Assembly (NCBI GenBank): GCA_032718475.1
Contig: JAUCBJ010000765.1
Coordinates: forward strand, 1-64,000
Reading direction: 5' to 3'
Origin: Nemertoderma westbladi
Taxonomy: Eukaryota; Animalia; Xenacoelomorpha
DNA: 64,000 nucleotides
Both the position numbers and the translations under genes were made by a program. The notes under the pieces are model-generated. The model was not told the DNA's origin. It did not search any database and saw nothing but the letters and a program-made list of their open reading frames with translations. The first letter of the stretch is position 1; the number at the start of each line of letters is the position of its first letter. Positions 20,037 to 29,681 of this stretch are shown piece after piece.

Positions 20037-22130
20037 CTAACTCTGTTTTGAGGCAGGAGACAAATCATAATCTCCCGTCTCGATACGTGTCTCCTCTAAT
20101 AACACAATATCTTGGACCGGTCGGTCCAAGGTGTGTAAACCATTAGTTTTACACTTTTTTGGGTGTGGACACTTGCACCTAATTATCACAGTGACTGTGC
20201 GCACTATGTTTTGCACGTCTGGGTGTGTGTGCAAGATCACTCCCGTCTCCCAATACTTTCTCTTGACAATGGGTTCGGTTATCAAGACGTAATCTCCCCT
20301 TTGGAGACTCCGAACCGTTTTGTACCACTTTGTTCTGGTAGATATGGTGGGAAGATAGTATTCCCGCCAATATTCCCAGAATGTGTACGCCACAAACTGT
20401 GTCACTTTCCAGCTTTTACGACTATATAGGTCGGCACTAATGGGTTCTGATGCCGGCACAAGAAATGCTGGACTCTGCATTAGCAAATGATTCGGCGTTA
20501 ATGCAACACCGTCTGGCAACATAGCTATCGGCCTCGAGTTTAGGGTATGCTCGATTTCAATGAAAGCTGTGACCAGTTCGTCGTCGGTAAGTTGTTTGTT
20601 TACAGGCAACGTCTTGGCAATGGCCTGCTTTACAGAGCGAACTAAACGCTCCCAACTTCCTCCTCTCCAAGGACTTTCTGGAGTATTGAATCTCCACTCT
20701 ACTCTTTGCGGCAAAAGTGCTGCAGAAATTTCCTTATTCTGTGCCGCTTTATGAGCCGCGTTCAACTCGCTATTCCCTCCGACAAAGTTTGTACCCTTAT
20801 CAGAGTAGAACGCCTTTACTAGTCCTCTCCTGGCCATAAATCTCTTTAAGGCCAGGAGCAGAGATTTGGTCGACATGTCTGCCACACGCTCGATATGTAT
20901 GGCTCTACTCGCCATGCATGTCAGTAGCAGGCCCCATCGCTTGTGGGTCAGCCGTCCACTCTTTGCTTCAATCGGACCAAAACAATCCACCCCTGTGTTC
21001 GTAAAGGGTGGGTCATATGCCTGCACTCTCGCTTCCGGGAGTTCAGCCATCTCCTGTTCCAATACTCTAGCGTTCACTCTCTTGCAAACCAGACAGGCGT
21101 CGTACATAGTGCCGACTGCCCTGCTTGGCTGCAATAGAATGAATCGTTGTCTCGCTGCCGACAAACAGTGTAACTTTCCCGCGTGATGCAACCTCTTGTG
21201 TATATCCCATAGAATCGCTCTTTGCAATTCTATCGGGTGACTAGGGATTATCACTGGGAACCGAAACTGTGAATTTATGTCGACAGTCTGGATTCTCGAT
21301 CTATGACAAATCAAACCCTTATGGATTAATGGACTCCATTTTCTAAGGGGTTTATAGAGAACTGGTCGTTGAGCCGATAATAGATGGAATTCTTTGGGGA
21401 AGGCACACATTTGATAATGTTTCAAATGCTTTAATTCCGCTTGATCAATCTCATCCTCTGTCAGAGGTTGTTTCAATTTCCGAATTCGCTCACTATTGGT
21501 GCTCAATGGTTCTCTCAAATGTTTCGAATGTTTTAAACAAAGGTACGAAATGTATCGGCTTAGCCACGCAGTTCTTTTACAAATTGTCAGCCAAGAGGCA
21601 GACGAATTTAGTAATTTGTCATAAACACTGCATGACTCTAATGCCAGCGACGGTTGTCCGCTAACTAATGGAAGTTTCGAATCCAAACCCGCAGGTTTGG
21701 AAACCAAAGACTCCATTGTGTCGGTCATTTTCTGTCCGTCACTTACCAATTGTGACTCCGGTTTAGTCTGTAAGGGTGGTTTTATGTCATAACTTACCCT
21801 TCCGGACCTAGTAGTCACGTAAGTCTGTTGGTCTGACAGGTCTCCGGGCCGCTCCAATGACTCTTCAGGCCGCTCCAGTGACTCTTCAGGCCGCTCCAAT
21901 GACTTAAGTTTGGCTTTAGACTTTGACTTAGAGACTTTCTCCACCTTGACTTCTGCATCTTCAGGCATCGGATTGGTCACAATCTTTAGTCGCTCTGGCC
22001 AATGTTCCTGTGTCCTCGTTAGAAAATCAGGCCCATGCAACCAAAACTCCTGCGACTCTTCCTGACAGAATTCCGCCGGCATTGCACCTCTCGAAGTTAT
22101 GTCGGCCGGGTTCAACACTCCCGGACAATG
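20037..22130 (-). CDS. pol: Element A pol C-terminal part: RNase H tail/connection and integrase
   Basis: NPADITSRG; HHCC (HKRLHHAG...CLVC); DDE core GVDCFGP...SDKGTNF...WERLV; separated from RT by in-frame stops. Confidence 0.93.
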   Translation of the reverse strand, partial: HCPGVLNPADITSRGAMPAEFCQEESQEFWLHGPDFLTRTQEHWPERLKIVTNPMPEDAEVKVEKVSKSKSKAKLKSLERPEESLERPEESLERPGDLSDQQTYVTTRSGRVSYDIKPPLQTKPESQLVSDGQKMTDTMESLVSKPAGLDSKLPLVSGQPSLALESCSVYDKLLNSSASWLTICKRTAWLSRYISYLCLKHSKHLREPLSTNSERIRKLKQPLTEDEIDQAELKHLKHYQMCAFPKEFHLLSAQRPVLYKPLRKWSPLIHKGLICHRSRIQTVDINSQFRFPVIIPSHPIELQRAILWDIHKRLHHAGKLHCLSAARQRFILLQPSRAVGTMYDACLVCKRVNARVLEQEMAELPEARVQAYDPPFTNTGVDCFGPIEAKSGRLTHKRWGLLLTCMASRAIHIERVADMSTKSLLLALKRFMARRGLVKAFYSDKGTNFVGGNSELNAAHKAAQNKEISAALLPQRVEWRFNTPESPWRGGSWERLVRSVKQAIAKTLPVNKQLTDDELVTAFIEIEHTLNSRPIAMLPDGVALTPNHLLMQSPAFLVPASEPISADLYSRKSWKVTQFVAYTFWEYWREYYLPTISTRTKWYKTVRSLQRGDYVLITEPIVKRKYWETGVILHTHPDVQNIVRTVTVIIRCKCPHPKKCKTNGLHTLDRPVQDIVLLEETRIETGDYDLSPASKQS

Positions 22131-24251
22131 TCACCATTGTTCCTTCGTCGAAAAGTCAACGATCTGAGCGCGTCTATTGGCCACAAATGTCTTTAGTGCA
22201 ATATTGTCGGCCGCAATGTATACTAACACTAAGGATGCGTCCGTCCAATAGAATAAGGTCAATGTCGTGTCTAACTCCTCAGTTATTTACTTACTTACCT
22301 CGACTGAGACTACAGCCGCCTGTAACTCTGCACGAGGGACAGTCATGTATTTGACCGGCATTGTCTTTGATCTAGAAGTCACAAAGGCCGTCTCAAATTT
22401 GTCCTGACTTACCTCTCGGCGTAGGTAGGCTACCATACCAAAGCCGGTGTCACTTGCGTCACTGAATAGATGGAGTTCGAGATCAGCTGGAAATACCAGC
22501 TGATTCGGAAAGTAGGAACGGGGTACGTCTATGTTTTTCAATAGATGTAACTCGGCTTCCCACTCCCTCCACTGCTTTGCATGTATAGGAGATATTGGTT
22601 CGTCCCACTCTACGTCGGACAACCAAATTTTCCTCATGCACGCTCGTGCCTGTAATATAACCGGACTGATAAAGTTCATCGGGTCAAATAGTCTACTTAA
22701 TGTCGATAAGCAAATCCTCTTTGTCAAAATTTTGTCTGGGCTACTGGGCTCAAATCTAACTCTTACCTGGAACTTATCTGAGTTCGGGTTCCAAGCTAGT
22801 CCCAGTACTCGCGCCATGGGGATTGGTTCTACCCCCAATTCAATGTCTCCGCTCCCACGATCTTTCACCGGGAACGACTCTAATAGGGCCTCCGAGTTAG
22901 TAGTGAACTTGGTCAGAGGAAAACCCCCTGTAGCCAAGCACTCTTGCAGGCCGTGAGCCACTTCTATGGCTTGTTCCGCCGTGTCCTTGGACACCAATCC
23001 GTCGTCCATGTAGAAGTTTCTCAAGATGGACTCGATAACCTCTACTGGGTACTTACCAATCTGGGCTGTTGCCGTTTTCTTTAAAACGAACAGCGTGCCA
23101 TTCGGACTATCGCGGGCGCCAAATATCCTAACGTACATTTGGTATGTAACCACTGGGCCGGATAAGTCTTCATTCTCGTACCAGAGAAATCGAAGGCTAT
23201 CCTGGTCTGCCTTACAGGCTCTTACCTGGTGGAACATCGCCTCGATGTCACAAGTAAATGCGAATCGCCGCTGTCTAAAACGCAACAGTATTCCTATCAA
23301 ATAATTATTCAGGTTGGGACCATCCATCAACTCTGAATTCAGGGACATACCTCTATAGACTGCTGCGCAGTCGTTGACTACTCGGACCTTGTCTGGCTTG
23401 TCAGGGTGAGTCACATAGTGGTGTGGGAGGTAATAAGTCTGGTCTGTCACTAAGTCAGGATCCTCTACCTTCCCAGCAAATCCCTTGGCGAAATAGTTGT
23501 TGATCTGGGCGCAATACTTCTCCCTAATGCCTGGATTCTTCAACAACCGAGCCCTTACTCCGTTCAATCTTTTCAAGGCTAAGTTGTAGTTGTTCTCCAA
23601 CTTAGGTGGTTGTCGACGCCACAACATTCCAACTTCAAAATGTCCAGTTGGTAGTAGACGTATAGTGTCTTCCATCATCTCCAGCGACCGTTTCTCATCA
23701 GTAGACATGGCTAGGTCATATCCACCGGGTTCCATTGCGTCCCTATCCAGCCATTCGACGGTTCTGGCTCCTGTCTCGAGGTCCTGGCGTATCAATTCCT
23801 TCTGTAGCTCCTCCTCACTGTACTGGAAAATGTCTAGGTCTCGATATTTAGCCACTTGACCCTCCACTATGTCAGTATAAGTCAAAACGTTAGTCAGATA
23901 AGTAGCGTGGGCCGCTGAACCAGACCCACGGGTCTGATAACAGTAGTCCTCGGGTTCACTATCTGTCCGGTCATTGTGAAGTGGTTCCGACAACCTAACA
24001 TTATCGGGAATCAACTCCTCGTCCGACTCGCTAAAGTCACTATAGTGGTCAATACAGGTTCTCCTAAACTCGTCTATGTCTGGTGGTTCTACTAACGGTG
24101 GTTGAATTATAGACTGTAATTCGTCGTATCTGTTTATTGGCTTGTCGCCACCTGTAAACTCATAAGACATGGGTACTCGTGTATACCAACCTAGTATGGT
24201 CCTATGGGCATGTGGTCCATTGACATGCGGCTCAGCTGGTCTCGATCCCAT
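22131..24251 (-). pseudogene. pol: Element A RT/RNase H region with two in-frame stops (TAA 22287-22289, TGA 22131-22133)
   Basis: YLPHH, KVRVVND, DIEAMFHQV, FGARDSP, FYMDD, LHLFSDAS; reads EVSK*ITEELD...YWTDAS...EQW*HCPG in a single frame. Confidence 0.92.
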
Positions 24252-27200
24252 ATTTGGTGTGCGATCAGCTGTTCTGCACCAATCAACATAGAAACATTCC
24301 TATAACCTACCTGGTGTCTGGGTATCCTGAGCTTGTCAAAATACTCCTGTGCTATGGGACTCAACGGCGGCACCTTACCTAACTGCCTGCCGAATCCCTT
24401 CATAGCTAGACACTTAAATCCGTCCAATGGCAAAGCTTTCCGTTCTTGTCGAGTATGCTGGTCTCTCGGAAGTAGGGAATCTAGTTCTACCGAAATTCTG
24501 TGTCCCTTGAGGTCTCCTACTCCATGCATAGACTTCAACTCTATTTGGATCTCCTCAGCGTCCTGGAAGCTAGAAACGGCTCTCGCCACTTCCTCGTCGA
24601 TATAAGATAATGTGGACGCAGTGTCCAACATCACATATATTCGCTTCGATCCCTTATCGCCAGTGAGTTTCACCGGAATCACGCTAAATATTTCCGACGT
24701 GGCCGATGATAAATACGTCCGCGCGCTGGTCGATGAACTATCCGCGGTGAAACCTTGGCAGGTCACTTCTCTCGCGCTCGACTCGCCATCCTCGTCCGAC
24801 GAACCTGGTTGGTAACCATCGTCCTGGATGCCAGTGTACGTATTCCTCCTTATCGATACGGGTTCTTTGCTCCCCTTCCTGTGAGGATTTCGCTGTAAGT
24901 AACGGTCCGTTGGGGTGTGGAAATCCGCATGTAGCAACTTGTGATGTAGTCTGACGCATTCCATGCATCCGTCCTTGCTGTTCGGGCACTGCCGCCGTAC
25001 ATGACCTGGCGCAAGACATGCCCAACAGGTGTCCAACGTCCGCACTTGAACTCTTCTCTGTTCCGAATTTAATTCTTTGAACCGTCTGCAACTATCTAAC
25101 TTATGATCGTCAGATCTTACCTCCTTTAGTAAACAGTATTGGCAACCTACAAATCCATCCGGCAACTCCTGTTGCTTTAACCTAGGTCTATCTAACCGCT
25201 CACCTGACCATACTCGCGAGTCTGATCTAAAGGCTGGGGTACTCGAATTATATCTGTCTACTGAGTTAAATGTCACAGTGGTCCTGTCATCGTCAAAACT
25301 TACCATAGACTTACCAGTAACAGGTTTAGACTCCCTCATATTCTCTTCTGAGAAGTTTGATTTCATCTCTGCTACTGCGTCTGTGGCTATCATGTCATGA
25401 ATATGCTGAAGTGTCAATACTTTACCTTGGCCCTCCAACTTATTCTCTAATTTGCGCCATTTCTGTCGATAACGCATGTTTAGACGTCTTATTACGCTCT
25501 TTAAAACTTCGGCGTGATCACCATGATGAGGTAGATTCACCGTCCTCAAGATGTCCAATGCGTTCGAAATAGCGTTCGCTAAGTTCAAAAGCTCTAACGG
25601 AGTTGTAATCCGTCCGCCCTTACCCAAGTCTTCTACTATCGACTGCGCCATCTTGGTTTTATTCCCGTAGATGTCGCTAAGCGTCTTCATTGCTAACTCG
25701 AATGCCCGTTCATTGCCGACGAAGTTATCAGCAATGGCTCTAGGTTCTCGATGGAGCATCTGAAGCAAATAGTTGAACTTCTCGTTGGGAGTAAAGGTGC
25801 TGTTGGTTAGCTGCTCGTCGACATAGGTTTTAAAGGTCCTCCAGTGCTTATGGTTGCCCATAAACTTCTGGGGTTGTTGCGTCGGCAGTCCTTGCCTAGC
25901 AGCAAACTTACCTATGTCTCTAAGGGTTGCGTCGTTCCGGGTTAACAAATGGTTTAGTTCCGCAGGGTTGTTAAGTCTGGTCCTTTCCCGGTGGTTCCAA
26001 CTTACCTGCTCCGCGTCGGTCCTTCTTTCCTTATAGTTTCGGGACTTCTGACGTCTCATTTCTTCCTCTTCATCGCTTGACTCAGTGTCAGTCCTTAGCG
26101 CTCGCGATGGTTTGCGCGCCGAGGCCCTGACCCAAGCTTCCTCAATAAATCTTTCCGCCGAATTTTCGAAATTGGGATTATGAATATTCGTGACAGGCGT
26201 CCTTACCTGAGGTCTATGTGGTATAGTCTCCTCCGATATACGTACTCGTTGACTAGGCTGGACTTTATCTAATTCAGGCCTGCTAGGATTTGAATTACTT
26301 CTTACCTGGGCTGCTTCCTTTAACCGTAGGTTGCTAAGCATGTCCGTTATAGGTTGGATGTGTGGCGACATAGCTTGCGCTAAACTAGCACTTAACTCAT
26401 CCCTCGTAATAAATTCCTGGCTAGGGTTCTGTTGTATAGTCGGCTCTATCTGAGTAATCCGCTGTCTCTCATATGATCCCTCTTCCGGTTTAACCCGGAA
26501 GTTCTCCGTCGAACTGGGTCGGCGCTCCGTCCGCGTATTCCAAACCCGCGGGTTCGGTTCGCCAAGTACTCGTCCCGTTGGAGTTTCTTCTCTAAACTCT
26601 CCGTTGTCGCGTTCGGTGTATAGTGGTGCGGTGTTCCGATGACGTAGATCCTGGGCGATAGGTGAAGCACTAATACCAACTGGCGTGCGATATGTAGAGA
26701 ACGGTTTAACGATCCGTGTACTCGTAATAGCTGGACCGGGTATAGGAATTCTGGTGGTCGTCGACTCGCGTATGGTCGGAGTTCTCGCTTCCTGTTCGGC
26801 CTTCTGCAGTGCGAACAGTTCTCGCAACTCAGTCCCTACACTCGCCCCACATTCTTCGATCATTCGCATCCCCTTCTCGGCGATTTCATTCGCCTTCCTA
26901 GTCCGTTCTTCGCTCTCTAAACTTAATCTCGCACTTTCCAACTGCGCCAGTTTACGTTCTTCTTCTTCCCTCGCTCGTCTCGCTGCGCCCTCTTCTTCCA
27001 CACGCGCCCTTTCTTCATACAACGCTTGTCGCTCTTTCTCGATCTCGAGTTCGCGTTCCTTGCGTTCGCGTTCAAGTTCGAGTTCACGTTTCTTTTGTTC
27101 GCGTTCGAGCTGGAGTTCGCGTTCCTTGCGTTCGCGTTCAAGCTGGAGTTCGCGTTCTTTCTGCTCGCGTTCAAGTTCGAGTTCGCGTTCCTTGCGTTTG

Positions 27201-28399
27201 CGTTCAAGTTGAAGTTCACGTTCCTTCTGCTCGCGTTCCGCTCGCTCACGCTTACCTTTATCTTCCAATTCGCGCAACTTCGCGTCTAACTTACGTGTTC
27301 GCTCCCGTTCCCGCTCGGCTTCCTTCCGTGCTTCCGATGCACGCAAAACTTCCGCCTGCTGTTCGTCTAGTCGGCGTCTTCTCTCCTCCGCCGAGTTGTG
27401 CGAAACAAGGGATCTAGCACATATTACCTTACCTCGCGCGTGACTAACCTGGGAATCGCCGCTGTCTCTAGATGCATCATCGGGTGGAGTCAACGTCCTC
27501 TGTTGGATGTTCTCCGTCGTCGGTAGCACCTGGCCCGGCACCACCACTCCATTCTGCATCAGCCAGCTAGTAACTTCCCTCTGATACCTGCGCTCCTCCT
27601 TGTCTTGGATCTCTTCTTGCTCCACTAACTCTCTCAACTCTGCGTCACTCACTTGAGTCGCCTGCGCTTGTGATGCCCATAGCAGCCAGTTCTCCGTCCT
27701 AACTCGTCGGAATCGCTCCGATAACTCGCGGTGCTCCAACAAGGCTGCTAAAACCCTGTCGTAAATCCTCGTCGCTACGTCGCTCGACTGAGACTCTACT
27801 GCCTTCTTCGCTAGGACTGCAAGCTCCTCCGTTTGTTTGAATAACGCTGAGTTGTATCCTCTTCTAATCTCTACTAACTCTACCCTCCCGATGCTCGCTG
27901 AGTCAGCTAACATCTTCCTTACCTTGTCCGTTGTCCGAGTTATATGTCCGGCATGCGCGCGAAGTTTCTTCTTTATCGCAATGTCAAGTTCTCTATCACT
28001 TACCTGACTCACACTCGGTGGACTTGAAGGGTTATTTCGGGAACTACGGGTACTCCTTACAGCCGTCGGGACCACGGCACTTACCATACCCACAGGTCTG
28101 GAAACCGGGCTCCGGGCTCTCGCTTCTGCTACACTACCCTCCCTATCACTCACCTCTGTCCGGGCTGCCGTACAGTCCTTCCTATCAGTAGCGGTAGGGG
28201 ATCCTAATACTATTACTTGAGGTTGCTGTTCTTCCTCACTAGTCACTGTCTCGTCCTCCTGTTCACTTACGTCAGCGTCGCTCGCTGCGTCGTCATAGTC
28301 GGCATTGTCATCAACAGTAATGTTTACGCTATCGTCAGTCGGCGGTCCGGCCGCCGTCTCATAGCTGTCCTCTAGTGCCTCCTTGTCTGAGACACTCAT
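24191..28399 (-). CDS. gag: Element A Gag-protease (1402 aa); 1-nt frameshift near 24245 uncouples it from RT
   Basis: Coiled-coil ERELQLERERK repeats; KFMGNHKHWRTF capsid-like region; knuckles CQYC..HKLDSC, CWACLAPGHVRRQC, CMECVRLHHKLLH; protease VMLDTAS; GPHAHRTILGW continues in the other frame. Confidence 0.93.
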   Translation of the reverse strand: MSVSDKEALEDSYETAAGPPTDDSVNITVDDNADYDDAASDADVSEQEDETVTSEEEQQPQVIVLGSPTATDRKDCTAARTEVSDREGSVAEARARSPVSRPVGMVSAVVPTAVRSTRSSRNNPSSPPSVSQVSDRELDIAIKKKLRAHAGHITRTTDKVRKMLADSASIGRVELVEIRRGYNSALFKQTEELAVLAKKAVESQSSDVATRIYDRVLAALLEHRELSERFRRVRTENWLLWASQAQATQVSDAELRELVEQEEIQDKEERRYQREVTSWLMQNGVVVPGQVLPTTENIQQRTLTPPDDASRDSGDSQVSHARGKVICARSLVSHNSAEERRRRLDEQQAEVLRASEARKEAERERERTRKLDAKLRELEDKGKRERAEREQKERELQLERKRKERELELEREQKERELQLERERKERELQLEREQKKRELELERERKERELEIEKERQALYEERARVEEEGAARRAREEEERKLAQLESARLSLESEERTRKANEIAEKGMRMIEECGASVGTELRELFALQKAEQEARTPTIRESTTTRIPIPGPAITSTRIVKPFSTYRTPVGISASPIAQDLRHRNTAPLYTERDNGEFREETPTGRVLGEPNPRVWNTRTERRPSSTENFRVKPEEGSYERQRITQIEPTIQQNPSQEFITRDELSASLAQAMSPHIQPITDMLSNLRLKEAAQVRSNSNPSRPELDKVQPSQRVRISEETIPHRPQVRTPVTNIHNPNFENSAERFIEEAWVRASARKPSRALRTDTESSDEEEEMRRQKSRNYKERRTDAEQVSWNHRERTRLNNPAELNHLLTRNDATLRDIGKFAARQGLPTQQPQKFMGNHKHWRTFKTYVDEQLTNSTFTPNEKFNYLLQMLHREPRAIADNFVGNERAFELAMKTLSDIYGNKTKMAQSIVEDLGKGGRITTPLELLNLANAISNALDILRTVNLPHHGDHAEVLKSVIRRLNMRYRQKWRKLENKLEGQGKVLTLQHIHDMIATDAVAEMKSNFSEENMRESKPVTGKSMVSFDDDRTTVTFNSVDRYNSSTPAFRSDSRVWSGERLDRPRLKQQELPDGFVGCQYCLLKEVRSDDHKLDSCRRFKELNSEQRRVQVRTLDTCWACLAPGHVRRQCPNSKDGCMECVRLHHKLLHADFHTPTDRYLQRNPHRKGSKEPVSIRRNTYTGIQDDGYQPGSSDEDGESSAREVTCQGFTADSSSTSARTYLSSATSEIFSVIPVKLTGDKGSKRIYVMLDTASTLSYIDEEVARAVSSFQDAEEIQIELKSMHGVGDLKGHRISVELDSLLPRDQHTRQERKALPLDGFKCLAMKGFGRQLGKVPPLSPIAQEYFDKLRIPRHQVGYRNVSMLIGAEQLIAHQIWDRDQLSRMSMDHMPIGPY
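27035..27235 (-). repeat. 33-bp coding tandem repeat (11-aa ERELQLEREQK-type units) in A gag
   Basis: About 6 visible units. Confidence 0.85.
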
Positions 28400-29670
28400 A
28401 GTCTAAATAATGTTTGCCTTCCGGCAAAATATCTCGCAAAGGTTCGAGATATAATTATAATTTAACCGAAATACGGTCAAATTATTTGTCAAATAATCAG
28501 TTGGTCCAAATGTCAAAATAAATTCGCAATGCAATATTGTGAATTTAATGGGGTATATAGTTATAGCAAATACTAGCACAATATTTAAACAAAAATATTA
28601 TTATATAGCTACTATATAGCATTAAATACCAGTATAGCACAAAATAACTTTGAATCTAATACAAAATATTCAAAATAAACTTGCCGCCCGAATATTTCTA
28701 ATTTTATATATATATATAGCTCCAATTAACGTAATTTTAGTTTCAAATATTATATGTATCCACTAGCGCGTGGCTACATCTTCGGGTTGTGACTCTCTCT
28801 AACTCTCTCTCTAACTTGAGCAATTCAAAAAACCATGGCCGGCTAAACCTAAATATCCTAACTAATAAATTGAGTTCAGCTTCGCAGTTAAACAACCGAT
28901 AATTTTTTACTGCTTCCACAAACACACTGGTGCCAACAGAACAACTAACCTTGTTTGCTGTGAGATTCCACGTCCGCGTCCAAAGATTCAGGCCCTTCGC
29001 TGATTGCAAACCGAACCCGCAGACCCACACGAACCCCAAACTCAGAAGTTCCGTCTTGCCATGTATCTCCAGATGGTATAAAATAACTAAGCGGTTACCT
29101 AACATACCGGTACAAAACTCTAGAATTTTACAAAATAATTTTGACCGAAACTGAATTCTCGCAAACCTAGCTAAAATTTTCAAAAAACTTACTAATTACA
29201 ATTTGCCCTAAGGCCTAAGGAACTGCTGTATTCGCAATTAGCAAAAACGCACTACCGTACATCCACTGTATGCAGTACAGTAAGTAAAACAGTACACCAA
29301 CCTAACAGCCTAATAATACTGTGTGTGGTACGGCAAACAAATGTCCTTCTACCGTCCGCAGTAACAACAATCAGCCTAATGTACTACTGTACTATTGTAC
29401 GCAGCCAGTGAATACAGTAATCTAAACTAACAGCCTAAAAGAATATACTCAATGTTCTACCGTACGCTAGCCTATAGCCTACAGCAGACGATCACGTGCT
29501 CCAATTTATTACTTAATACTGTGATACTACTATCAGCCTAAGAATACACTATTGACCGCTGCAAGCAACAGCCAATAATCACGTATCACTGATACAAAGT
29601 ATCAGTGATCTAAACTAATCAGCCTAAGAATACTCACTGCCTTACTGTACGCGGTACAGCAAAGCAACCA

Positions 29671-29681
29671 ACACGTATCAC
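29671..29681 (-). promoter_or_regulatory. Non-tRNA primer-binding site of element A (GTGATACGTGT on minus strand)
   Basis: Abuts 5' LTR; complementary to minus-strand GCACGTATCAC at 30769-30759 (10 WC pairs plus one G-U). Confidence 0.75.

Noticed and set aside
24235-24260. Programmed gag-pol frameshift in A
   Set aside because: No slippery heptamer; BEL gag-pol is normally one ORF and B reads through the homologous region in frame
29653-29670. TGGTTGCTTTGCTGTACC on the minus strand as a tRNA PBS for A
   Set aside because: It lies 11 nt from the LTR and its complement lacks the conserved T-arm pattern of a tRNA 3' end; the abutting 10-11 nt match the LTR instead
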